Shown piece after piece: positions 39,592 through 48,869 of a DNA stretch of 55,163 nt (the first letter of the stretch is position 1; every line of letters begins with the position of its first letter). The translations under genes and the position numbers were made by a program. Source of the DNA: an uncultured Halomonas sp. GTDB lineage: Bacteria > Pseudomonadota > Gammaproteobacteria > Xanthomonadales > Wenzhouxiangellaceae. The stretch lies in contig CAYYZR010000002.1 of the NCBI GenBank assembly GCA_964476005.1, positions 1-55,163 of the forward strand, in the 5' to 3' direction. Below the pieces are notes generated by a model, which made no database searches, was not told the DNA's origin, and saw only the letters and a program-made list of their open reading frames with translations.

Positions 39592-40558
39592 GGTTGTGTG
39601 GCTGGCTCCGCTGCTGGCCGTTTTCGCTGTGGTCGGCTGCCAGCAAAAGGAAAATGTCTCCATGCATTCGGGTAGCGAACTTGCGCCGGACGTTTTCGAG
39701 CGCCTGAACATGGATTGGCGCAAGCGCCGCCTGGAAAGGCTGACCGAGCCGCACGGATGGTTGAGCCTGGTCGGACTGGTCACGCTTGACCCGGGTAGGG
39801 TCAAGACTGTCGGCAGTGCTCCCGACAACGACGTCGTGGTGTCGTCGGGGCCGGCCCGCTGGGGCAGCGTCCGCGTGGCCCAAAGTGGCCGTGTTGTTTT
39901 CGACGTGGCTGCTCCGGGCGAGGTTCGGATAGACGGGGCCGAAGTGACCTCCGGGGAGATGACGCTCGGTCGTGACAGCGACCCTGTTTATGTGGAGGCC
40001 GACGGCGCCAGGATTCACCTGGTGGCACCCGGCGGGAGACTGGCATTGCGCGTACGCGATCCGCAGGCGCCGACGCGCACCGAATTCGTCGGCCTCGACT
40101 ACTACCCGCTGGATCCGGACTGGCGGGTCACTGCCGAGTTCATTTCCCATCCCCCCGGGGCCACGATCCAGGTTGCCAACGTCATGGGCCAGTTGATCGA
40201 AGAGCCCAATCCCGGCATGGTGCGCTTTGTCCACGAAGGCAAGACGATCTCGCTGGAAGCCGTTCGCGAGGACGACAAGCTGTTCTTTATCTTCGCGGAT
40301 CGAACATCCGGGACCGAGACCTACGGCCTGGGGCGATTTCTTTACGCCGATCTACCTCAGGACGGGCGTGTCGTTCTGGATTTCAACCAGGCCTACAACC
40401 CCCCGTGCGCATTCAATGCCTACACGACCTGCCCGCTTCCGCCGCAGTCCAACCGCATCGACGCCTGGATCCGAGCCGGCGAAATGCGGTATGCCGGCAA
40501 GGCGGGTCTGGAAGAACCGCTGTCAGTCCCATCCGACGGTCAGGCTTCCGGCCTCTGA
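39584..40558 (+). CDS. DUF1684-family lipoprotein
   Basis: GTG start, lipobox VVGC, GWLSLVGL, ETYG.GRFL, LDFNQAYNPPCAF..Y.TCPLPP..N...I.AGE. Confidence 0.82.
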   Translation: MYKVVWLAPLLAVFAVVGCQQKENVSMHSGSELAPDVFERLNMDWRKRRLERLTEPHGWLSLVGLVTLDPGRVKTVGSAPDNDVVVSSGPARWGSVRVAQSGRVVFDVAAPGEVRIDGAEVTSGEMTLGRDSDPVYVEADGARIHLVAPGGRLALRVRDPQAPTRTEFVGLDYYPLDPDWRVTAEFISHPPGATIQVANVMGQLIEEPNPGMVRFVHEGKTISLEAVREDDKLFFIFADRTSGTETYGLGRFLYADLPQDGRVVLDFNQAYNPPCAFNAYTTCPLPPQSNRIDAWIRAGEMRYAGKAGLEEPLSVPSDGQASGL

Positions 40559-40770
40559 GCGCGACCCTCGTCCCCGAATCGTCGCTTCGGGGGATGTGCG
40601 TGTTTTGCCGATTCCAGGTTTCCTCACGCGGTGCCATGAGTGACCAATGAACGCCGGTCATGGCATCCGGAGTCCGGCACACGGCTCCGGACAAGCCAGA
40701 CGGCGCAGCGGCCAGAGAGGAACGAGCGGTCCCTCATTGCCCATGCTGGTTCATGCGCATTTCTTGCCCA

Positions 40771-40810
40771 ATGTGATGATGATTTTCACAGATATCATCA
40801 AATTTTCACG
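40771..40810. promoter_or_regulatory. AT-rich operator-like region upstream of the multicopper oxidase cluster
   Basis: TGTGA-N9-TCACA, TGATGAT/ATCATCA inverted pair, ATTTTCAC direct repeat at 20-bp spacing. Confidence 0.5.
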
Positions 40811-40941
40811 AATTCCCTCTTTCTTTTTCGCGGCGCGCCTCCCTAGACTGGAAATAACGCAAGCGTGACAACTGCCTGCAGATTCGCGCGACGATCGATC
40901 CATCAATTCCGGCCCTGTGAGGCCAAATCGGGGAGTGACAA

Positions 40942-42735
40942 ATGCCGAAACGCAGAGATGTACTCAAATTGGGCGCAGTGGCCGGAGGGCTTGGAATGGC
41001 CTCATCCGGCGCGCTGGCCCGTGGCGCGGTGCCGCAAAGCGGACTCGTCTTTCCGCAAGGGTTCACGCCGTCGATATTCGAACGGCCCAGTCCGCCGTCG
41101 ACGCCGTTCAAGGATCCGCTGTACCGGATGCCGGTGGCGGAGCCGATCCCGGCCGCGTCGTTGAACCCGAAGCCGGATGGCCGCCGTCATCAGCGCTTTT
41201 ACGACTTTGCACCGGTGAAGTATTACCGCGAGGTGATCGCCGAGCGGCGATGGCGTTATCACAGCGACCCGCCCTACGCCGACGGTTCATGGTCGTACAC
41301 CATGAACGGCTCGATTCCCGGGCCGACCTATCACGCGTATTACGGTGAGCCTGCCTTCGTTCGCCGCATCAACCAGTTGCCGGAGGTCGGCAAGGGCAAG
41401 GTGCCGTTCGCACTGCCCTCGACGACGATGCACCTGCACAACGGTCATACGGCCTCGGAGTCCGACGGTATCCCGACCGATTTCATGAACCCCGGTGAAT
41501 TCTGGGATCACCACTATGCGAACTTCCCGGCCGGATTCGATGATCGGGAGGTCATGAACACGCTGTGGTATCACGACCACCGGCTGGATTTCACCGCGCC
41601 GAACGTCTACGCGGGGTTGTCGGGATTCTACCTGTTGTTCGACGAGCTGGATTCCAACAACGAAAACGACCCGAACCCGAACGCCTTCCGACTGCCCAGC
41701 GGTGAGTACGACATTCCGCTGATCTTCCACGACGTGCAGTTCAGCGCGGACGGTCAGGCCATCTTCGATTTCTTCGCCGCGGGCGCTCCGCCCGGGGTGA
41801 CCGAAAAGAGTCCGGACGACTCGTCGCCGTCGACGATTTACAAAGGCACCGACAACATCACGCTGTTCGGCATGCTCGGTGACAAGATCACGGTCAACCG
41901 CATCATCCAGCCGTTCCTTGACGTCGAGGCGCGCAAATACCGATTCCGTCTCCTCAACGGCGGCCCGTCGCGGTTCTACAATTTCTGGCTTCGCCTGGAG
42001 CGCGCCGACGGCACCGTGATCGACAATCACCCGGGATTGAAGTTCTATATCGTCAGCAACGACGGCAACCTGCTGCCCGAACCGATCGAGTCAGAGAACG
42101 TCGAAGTCTGGGTCGCAAACCGGTATGACGTCATCGTGGATTTCTCGGCGTTCGCGCCGGGCGACAAGGTCTATCTGGTCAATCGCATGGACATGCGTCG
42201 CGACGGCGCAGGCCCGACCGGCAGACTTCTCGACGAGGGCGAGCTGGCAATGCGGTTCGACGTGATGCCGGCGGCCGAGGCAGATCCGAGCCGAATTCCG
42301 GACTTCATGCGCGAACTGCCGGACATCGACATGGACGAGGTTCGCCGCGAGCGTACCTGGGTATTCGACTACGACAACGGCCTGTGGACGGTCAACGGCA
42401 AGTTGATGGACGTCAACCGGATCGATGCCAACATCGAGCAGGGCTCGGCAGAAATCTGGACGATTCGCAACGCCGGAAATACCTGGGCGCATCCGATTCA
42501 TACCCATTTCGAGGAGTTCCAGATTCTCGAGATCAACGGCCGGCCGGTCGCCGAGGGCGATCTCAAGCGCTCGCGCAAGGACATCATAGAGCTCGGCCCG
42601 AACATGGAAATCAAGTTCTTCGGCCGCTGGCGCGATTTCTTCGGAACTCACGTCATGCATTGCCACAACGTGGTGCACGAGGATCACGAAATGATGATTC
42701 AGTGGCGTATTGTTCCGCCCGGAGAGGGAGACTGA
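40942..42735 (+). CDS. Tat-exported three-domain multicopper oxidase (bilirubin oxidase/CotA-like; IoxA-like)
   Basis: KRRDVLK Tat motif; copper motifs HLH, WYHDH, HPIHTH, HCHNVVHEDHEMM. Confidence 0.93.
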   Translation: MPKRRDVLKLGAVAGGLGMASSGALARGAVPQSGLVFPQGFTPSIFERPSPPSTPFKDPLYRMPVAEPIPAASLNPKPDGRRHQRFYDFAPVKYYREVIAERRWRYHSDPPYADGSWSYTMNGSIPGPTYHAYYGEPAFVRRINQLPEVGKGKVPFALPSTTMHLHNGHTASESDGIPTDFMNPGEFWDHHYANFPAGFDDREVMNTLWYHDHRLDFTAPNVYAGLSGFYLLFDELDSNNENDPNPNAFRLPSGEYDIPLIFHDVQFSADGQAIFDFFAAGAPPGVTEKSPDDSSPSTIYKGTDNITLFGMLGDKITVNRIIQPFLDVEARKYRFRLLNGGPSRFYNFWLRLERADGTVIDNHPGLKFYIVSNDGNLLPEPIESENVEVWVANRYDVIVDFSAFAPGDKVYLVNRMDMRRDGAGPTGRLLDEGELAMRFDVMPAAEADPSRIPDFMRELPDIDMDEVRRERTWVFDYDNGLWTVNGKLMDVNRIDANIEQGSAEIWTIRNAGNTWAHPIHTHFEEFQILEINGRPVAEGDLKRSRKDIIELGPNMEIKFFGRWRDFFGTHVMHCHNVVHEDHEMMIQWRIVPPGEGD

Positions 42736-42737
42736 CC

Positions 42738-43511
42738 ATGAGCAGAATTGAAACCGAGATCTCTGAACAAGAAACGCTGCGCATCCAGTCCCGCAGGAAA
42801 CTGCTGGCCGGGTTCTCGCTGACCGCGGCGGCGAGCCTGCCGGCGCTGGCGCTGGGGAGCATGCCGACCCACCTCATCGAGCAGCGTGTGGCGCGCGTCA
42901 TCGACCGCAGTCGCAACCAGGGCTTCCCGGATACGCGGGTCACCGCGCATACCGGCGAAGTGTTCCGCTTCTACGACGACCTGGTGCACGACCGCGTCGT
43001 GTTGATCAACTTCATGTCGATCGAGCGCGAGCCCGCCCTGCCCATCACACGAAACATGGCGCGCCTGGTACAGGGCTTCGGCGACCGGGTGGGGCGCGAC
43101 ATCCATGCCTTTTCGATCAGTTACGACGAGCGCGATACGCCGGAACGGCTGGCCGAATTCGCGAAGTCGTTCAATGCCCCTGCCGGCTGGAGATTCCTTT
43201 CAACTACGCCGGAAGACGTCATTGCGCTCGGCTATCGCCTGTATCGAACCGAAGGCCGGTTCCGCAGCGCGATGCACTCAGACCTGATCCACTTCGGCAA
43301 CGCCGGTCTTGGTCTGTGGGGAACGATGTCGGCCGAGATTTCCGACGTCGATTTCGCCATCCAGCGGGTGACCTCTGTCATGCCTCGCAGCGCAATCGCG
43401 GGCGCGCAACTGCGCCAGGCGGGGCCTCGGCGCCTGGACGCTGACGGTCCTGCCATCCATCACCGCGATGGTCGGGAAGATTCTCACCGCAATCCCAAAG
43501 GCCGGTCCTGA
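42738..43511 (+). CDS. Tat-exported SCO1/SenC-like protein lacking CxxxC
   Basis: SRRKLL Tat motif; FYDDL....V.INFM, SIS.D..DTPERL..FA, GWRFL SCO pattern; no Cys in the protein. Confidence 0.75.
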   Translation: MSRIETEISEQETLRIQSRRKLLAGFSLTAAASLPALALGSMPTHLIEQRVARVIDRSRNQGFPDTRVTAHTGEVFRFYDDLVHDRVVLINFMSIEREPALPITRNMARLVQGFGDRVGRDIHAFSISYDERDTPERLAEFAKSFNAPAGWRFLSTTPEDVIALGYRLYRTEGRFRSAMHSDLIHFGNAGLGLWGTMSAEISDVDFAIQRVTSVMPRSAIAGAQLRQAGPRRLDADGPAIHHRDGREDSHRNPKGRS

Positions 43512-43543
43512 GTGCCTCGGAGCCAACTGAATAGGAAGGAACC

Positions 43544-45454
43544 ATGATGAACAAGATCAAGATCTGTTTCTCCGCGGCGATGCTCGTGCTGCTCGTGACG
43601 GCGAATTCGACCTATGCGCAGTCCGGCCAGGGCAATCAGTCGCAGCGAGTGTGCTTCGTGCTTCAGCTGCTTGGCATTGCCGCGCCCGCCGGGTGCGAAC
43701 AAGAGGTTGACGCATCGGAGCCGACTTTTCCTGTGGCGCCGGCTGCCGACGCCTGCCCCGGTCATCCCGGCGTGCGTCCACGTCCGGGGTTTTCCACGAT
43801 GGAATTCGACGAGGGGCGCGGCGTATTCGTCGTGACGACCCCGCCGACGACTTTCGAGCCGTCCAGCGCCGAAGACAATCTGCCTCTGAATCTGTGCCCG
43901 ACGGTGTATGAGAATGCCAGGAGCATGAGCGGTGCCGAGATTCCGAATACGCTGCCGTCGACGCCTGACAACCCCTATAATCTGCATCCGGAGCCGACTG
44001 TATCGCCGATCGATCCGCGTTCGCCCAGCGATGATCTACGTGCGCTGATTCGCGCCATGCGCCAGGCCCTGACCGAGGGTGAAGCACCGCTGGATGCCGA
44101 TATCCAGTTCGGAATCGATATTCTGGAAGGCAATGAGATCGACCGGGCCTACTCCGGCATGCCGCTTTTGCACTACAACGGCCCCAACAAGGTCAAGAAG
44201 GTTCAGCCCGTCTTCGACGATGACGGCAACAAGATCGGCGGCGTGGTCGAGCTGCATCAGGTGTGGTTCGACGGACGGATCATGGGTGATACCGCGCTGC
44301 TCGACCCCAGCGAGGTGCAGGACGTGCCGTGGACCATGATCGTGCACGCCGACACGCTGAACAACGGCCACGAGGATTTCGCGCCGTTCCAGATGTACTT
44401 TGACGATCCGGCCGAAGTCGGCCGGCCGGTGCCGCACGTCGCTATGGACATGACGTTCTTCCCGATGGAAGACGGCACGCGCACGACCTTCGAAATGAAG
44501 ATGGCGCCCGGACGGTTCTTCAATCTCACCTACTACTGGGGCTGGCGCATTCATCCGCCCCGGGTCCAGGTGACGGAGAACATGCTGAAGATGGCCGGTC
44601 CGCGCTCGCTGTTCGAGTGGGAAACATTCATTTTCGGCGAAGACCCGGAAGGCAGCGAGGAGGCCAAGCTGGCCGCCATCGCGATGATCGGGGACCTGGC
44701 CCCGGCCAAGCGCATGTGGAACCTGCTGCGCGAATTTCGCGATGCGCCGGAGCTGGTCGACAGCGCGGACGTCGATGCGCTCGAGGCCGCGTTCTTCGAC
44801 TGGCGCGACCGGTTGAGCCTGCCGTCGGGCATCGAGTTCGACGATGACTACGACGTCAACGTCATCTACCTCAACAACACGCTGTACGGCAAGGCCAGGG
44901 GGCTGGGCAACTGGGAACAGACGGTTGACTTCGACAAGCCCGGCGACCAGGTCCGCATCAAGGTGATGAACGGAGATTACTTCCCGCACGGTTACATGTT
45001 CGTCGATTTCGGCGGCAACCGCGGCTGGGAAAACACGTTCCATAGTACGGTCGACTTCGGCGGGGCAGGCCCCTGGTTCACGTTCGGGCGTACGCACTGG
45101 TGGCCGATGCTTGACGGCGCCGCAATCGTGCCCCCGGCAACGCCGGCCGAAGGCACGGCCAGCGTCAAGAGCGTCGATGCGCTGATGCAGTTTGCATTGA
45201 GCGGGGAACAGCGTGTGACCACGGCCAGCGTCAACGGCAAGCAGTCCGGGTACGTGCTGGCGCCGGAGTGGCTCGATTTCACCAAGTCGCCGACGATTCT
45301 GCCGGAGATGCAGCAGCGTATCCAGACCAGCCACGGTGCAACCCTCGGCGTGCTGCCGCTTGAATTCCACATGAATCACACGCCGTCCAAGCGTCTGCGC
45401 ATGTATCAGTTCGACCCGCTGCACCATGATGTGGCTGTATGGTCGATTCACTGA
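43544..45454 (+). CDS. Secreted 636-aa hypothetical protein (IoxC-like candidate partner subunit)
   Basis: SD AGGAAGGA, Sec signal peptide, strong GC3 coding bias, His/Trp-rich motifs (YWGWRIHPPRVQ, C-terminal DPLHHDVAVWSIH). Confidence 0.8.
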   Translation: MMNKIKICFSAAMLVLLVTANSTYAQSGQGNQSQRVCFVLQLLGIAAPAGCEQEVDASEPTFPVAPAADACPGHPGVRPRPGFSTMEFDEGRGVFVVTTPPTTFEPSSAEDNLPLNLCPTVYENARSMSGAEIPNTLPSTPDNPYNLHPEPTVSPIDPRSPSDDLRALIRAMRQALTEGEAPLDADIQFGIDILEGNEIDRAYSGMPLLHYNGPNKVKKVQPVFDDDGNKIGGVVELHQVWFDGRIMGDTALLDPSEVQDVPWTMIVHADTLNNGHEDFAPFQMYFDDPAEVGRPVPHVAMDMTFFPMEDGTRTTFEMKMAPGRFFNLTYYWGWRIHPPRVQVTENMLKMAGPRSLFEWETFIFGEDPEGSEEAKLAAIAMIGDLAPAKRMWNLLREFRDAPELVDSADVDALEAAFFDWRDRLSLPSGIEFDDDYDVNVIYLNNTLYGKARGLGNWEQTVDFDKPGDQVRIKVMNGDYFPHGYMFVDFGGNRGWENTFHSTVDFGGAGPWFTFGRTHWWPMLDGAAIVPPATPAEGTASVKSVDALMQFALSGEQRVTTASVNGKQSGYVLAPEWLDFTKSPTILPEMQQRIQTSHGATLGVLPLEFHMNHTPSKRLRMYQFDPLHHDVAVWSIH

Positions 45455-45484
45455 GTTGTTGATTGGGGAGTGATCGTACAACTT

Positions 45485-45509
45485 GCCGCCGGGCCGCGTG
45501 CCCGGCGGC
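45485..45509 (+). terminator. GC-rich stem-loop after the 636-aa gene
   Basis: GCCGCCGGGC-cgcgt-GCCCGGCGGC perfect 10-bp stem; weak U-tract. Confidence 0.5.
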
Positions 45510-45651
45510 GTAGTCTTCTCCGGTCGCTGTGCATTCGGTTACAGCGGTCGCGTCGATCACGTCGAAAAGGGGACGGCGCCTGATTCTTGCGCCCCCTTTG
45601 TTCAGGCGGTAGCCTGACAATTGGATCGGATTCAAAAAACAGGATGACTCG

Positions 45652-46263
45652 ATGAACGCGAAAGAAGTTCTTCCAGTAACCATGCACAGATTCATGGGTC
45701 TTGTCGCGCCGATGCTCCTCGCCCTGTCCCTGTCCGCACATGGAGGTCAGGGCGAAGATTTTCTGGTGACCGAAAAGGTCTATGCGCTTCCCGATGTCGC
45801 TCTTGTCGACAGTGCCGGCCAACCGGTCCGGTTCTCGACGATCACCGGTGACGCCAGACGCACCGTCATAAGCTTCATCTTCACCAGCTGCGCCGGAATC
45901 TGCCCGATGATCACCGCCAACATGGCGCGCGCGATTCCGGCCCTGGACGAGCTGGAAAGCGACTACCAGATCCTTCTGATCTCGGTGGATCCGGAGTACG
46001 ACACGCCGGCACGTCTGGCCGAATACGCCGATCGATTCAACGCCGGGGAGAAGATCCGTTTTCTGACCGGGACTCGGGATAACGTCTTTAGCGTGCTGCG
46101 GAGTCTGGAGGCCCTGTATGAAGGGTCGAACAAGATGAATCATCAGCCGGTCACGCTGATATCCGGCGCAGAGCATGGCGGCTGGACGCGCATTGACGGA
46201 CTGATCGGAAGCGAAGTGCTGATCGAGCAGTATCGCAAGGTGCTGACCCGTCAGGCCGGTTGA
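45652..46263 (+). CDS. SCO1/SenC copper chaperone
   Basis: Signal peptide, FTSCAGICP (CxxxC), ISVDPEYDTP, FLTG, distal His (MNHQ). Confidence 0.9.
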   Translation: MNAKEVLPVTMHRFMGLVAPMLLALSLSAHGGQGEDFLVTEKVYALPDVALVDSAGQPVRFSTITGDARRTVISFIFTSCAGICPMITANMARAIPALDELESDYQILLISVDPEYDTPARLAEYADRFNAGEKIRFLTGTRDNVFSVLRSLEALYEGSNKMNHQPVTLISGAEHGGWTRIDGLIGSEVLIEQYRKVLTRQAG

Positions 46264-46377
46264 ATTTCGGGTTGACGCGATCATGCCGCGGTTCTTTCGG
46301 GTGATCAGGCAAATACGATGCGCCGCGGAATCACCCATCGACGCAAGGTTTCTCATGAATGCAACAGGACGTGCTCG

Positions 46378-48045
46378 ATGAAAAGATCGATCTGGTCGGG
46401 GTTGGTGTTGGTATTGATGATGCCTGGTCTTGTGATCGGCCAGTCGCTGGAAGCTGATTTCGAAGCCGGAAAGCGGCTCTACCGGGAAGGGTTTCTCGCC
46501 TCCGGCGAACCGCTGGTGGGGAGGGGTTTTGGCGAAGCGGAGATTACCGGAGAATACGCTGCCTGCGTGCGCTGTCATCGTCCGAGCGGGTTCGGTTCGT
46601 ATGAAGGCGGCTACTACATTCCCCCGATCACCGCGCCGTACATGTTCGGCGGCCGGCAGATTTCTCGCGACGACCGGTTTCGTGCACTGTTCATGCAGGC
46701 TCAGAGCGCGGAATTCAGGCACCAGGTCAGGCGTGTGCGGGATCGGCCGCCTTACGATTCGCATTCCCTTGCCACTGCACTGCGCGATGGCTTGGACACG
46801 AACGGAAGACAGCTGGAAAGTCTGATGCCGCGTTACGCACTTTCGGACCAGGACGTGCTGAATCTCGAGGCCTATCTCGCACGGCTTTCGAGCGAGGTCT
46901 CACCGGGTGTCGATGAGGAGTTCGTCGAATTGGCGACAGTCATTCACGTCGACGTGCCGTCGGATCGGCGTGAAGCGATGCTGGGCACTTTGCAAAGCTT
47001 CGTGGACTGGTACAACAAGCGGACCCTGGGCGACATGCAGCTGGCTGGACATTCGGTCTACGGGTCCAGTCTTTACACGCGTTATTCCCGTCTGTACCGT
47101 CTCAACGTCTGGGAGATCGACGGCCCACCCGACACGTGGCGTAATCAACTCGAATCACACTACGCGCGGAACCCGGTGTTCGCACTGGTCAGCGGACAGG
47201 TCGACGGCCCTTGGCGCGAAGTCGGGGCGTTCTGCGACGCGCTCGAATTGCCGGCGGTATTTCCGATTACCGATACGCCCCATGAACTTGGACTTCTGGG
47301 CGGGTATTCGGTCTATTTCAACGCGGGCTTGCGCCTTGAAGCCGAACTGATGCGCGACTGGTTGCTGCGTAATGGAAGCCGGAATGTCCTGCAGCTTTTC
47401 GACCGGAAAGACTTTCGCAGCGAATTCCCCGCCATGCACATGGCTGAAGTGGCCGGCGAAAATGCGCTCGTCCCGATTGTCGAAACGCTCGAAATCGATG
47501 AATGGCGTCGTCGGATCGAGTCCGGATCCCCGGCCGGCGACCATGACGCGCTGGTGGTGTGGCAGGATGATCCGGACATGGATCAGGTGCGCCGCTGGAA
47601 AGAACATTCCGGCGCAAGCAAGCTGTTGCTTCCGTCGGGCGCCCTGGATACGCTGAGCGCCGAGGAGGCGGCCGGGATTGATCAGGATGTATTGTTCAGT
47701 CACCCGCGTGCGCTCGAGCAGGATCATTACCCGGAGCGCTTCAGGGCGCGAGCCTGGATGAACACTCGCGGGCTTGAGTACAGCGCCGAGGCTGTTCAGT
47801 ACCGAACCTACTACGCGATGCTGATGTTTCGCGACTCTTTTGTGCATCTGCTCGATCACTATCATCGTGACTACCTGCTCGAGGTGCTGGAGCATCAGAT
47901 CCAGGGCAGTCCGAACCCCGGACTTTATCCCGACATGGAACTTGCACCGGGTCAGCGCTTTGCATCCAAGAGTGGCTATATCGTTGCGCTCGCGCCCGGC
48001 ACGCCGGATTCGCTGATGCAGGTCGGCGACCGCATCGTGCCTTAG
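46378..48045 (+). CDS. Periplasmic monoheme cytochrome c fused to a large (binding-protein-like) domain
   Basis: Signal peptide, G..LY..G, CVRCH heme motif, MPRY axial Met, ~380-aa alpha/beta C-terminal region. Confidence 0.8.
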   Translation: MKRSIWSGLVLVLMMPGLVIGQSLEADFEAGKRLYREGFLASGEPLVGRGFGEAEITGEYAACVRCHRPSGFGSYEGGYYIPPITAPYMFGGRQISRDDRFRALFMQAQSAEFRHQVRRVRDRPPYDSHSLATALRDGLDTNGRQLESLMPRYALSDQDVLNLEAYLARLSSEVSPGVDEEFVELATVIHVDVPSDRREAMLGTLQSFVDWYNKRTLGDMQLAGHSVYGSSLYTRYSRLYRLNVWEIDGPPDTWRNQLESHYARNPVFALVSGQVDGPWREVGAFCDALELPAVFPITDTPHELGLLGGYSVYFNAGLRLEAELMRDWLLRNGSRNVLQLFDRKDFRSEFPAMHMAEVAGENALVPIVETLEIDEWRRRIESGSPAGDHDALVVWQDDPDMDQVRRWKEHSGASKLLLPSGALDTLSAEEAAGIDQDVLFSHPRALEQDHYPERFRARAWMNTRGLEYSAEAVQYRTYYAMLMFRDSFVHLLDHYHRDYLLEVLEHQIQGSPNPGLYPDMELAPGQRFASKSGYIVALAPGTPDSLMQVGDRIVP

Positions 48046-48824
48046 GTTCCGGTGAAATTCGCCTTGCGCTTTTCCAGGAATGCGGACGTGCCTTCACGCA
48101 TGTCTTCGGTCGCGCAACACAGCGCGAAGCGGGCGGTTTCGAACCCGAGTCCCTGATCCAGCGGCATGTCCAGGCCGAGATCGACGGCTTCCAGGATCGC
48201 TGCAACCGCGTGGGGCGCTGCCGTAGCGAGGTGCCGGGCAGTCTGGAGGGCGTGGCTGGAGACCTCGCCGGTGCCGACGACGCGTTGCACGATGCCGTAT
48301 TTTTCCGCAGTAGCGGCGTCTACCGGCTCACCGGTCAGGATCATTTCCAGCGCGCGGCTGCGTCCGATCAATCGCGTCAGACGCTGCGTGCCACCGAAGC
48401 CGGGAATGATGCCGAGCTTGATTTCCGGGAGCCCGAGGCGGGCGTTCTCCGAGGCGTATCGAAAGTGGCAGGCCAGGGCGAGTTCCAGGCCGCCCCCCAG
48501 GCAATAGCCATTGATGGCGGCAATTACCGGCTTGGTCATCGTTTCGATGCGGCGCATGAGCTGCTGGCCCTGCTCGGAGAACTGTCGCGCATCAAGCGGC
48601 GTCTTGTCGCGAATTTCTGAAATGTCGGCACCGGCGATGAACGCCTTTTCGCCCGCCCCGGTGACCACGACCGCACGAACCGCGTCATCGCTGGCGAGTA
48701 CGTCGAATGCGTGGCGTAGTTCGACGATCGTGCGGTTATTGAGCGCGTTGAGTTTTTCGGGCCGGCTGACGGTGAGTTCGACCGTGCTGCCGTGCATGTC
48801 CATCTTCAGGTTCTCGTAATTCAT
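48042..48824 (-). CDS. Enoyl-CoA hydratase/crotonase family protein
   Basis: RPEKLNAL, AFIAGADI, GGGLELALAC, PEIKLGIIPGFGGTQRL. Confidence 0.93.
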   Translation of the reverse strand: MNYENLKMDMHGSTVELTVSRPEKLNALNNRTIVELRHAFDVLASDDAVRAVVVTGAGEKAFIAGADISEIRDKTPLDARQFSEQGQQLMRRIETMTKPVIAAINGYCLGGGLELALACHFRYASENARLGLPEIKLGIIPGFGGTQRLTRLIGRSRALEMILTGEPVDAATAEKYGIVQRVVGTGEVSSHALQTARHLATAAPHAVAAILEAVDLGLDMPLDQGLGFETARFALCCATEDMREGTSAFLEKRKANFTGT

Positions 48825-48869
48825 GCGGATGCTGGCCCGGTGGGATAGAGCGTGAGTCTACCGCACCGC

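Noticed and set aside
40560-48045. Oxidase cluster as a recent mobile island
   Set aside because: No integrase, transposase, tRNA or flanking direct repeats seen, and composition looks similar to the flanks by eye.
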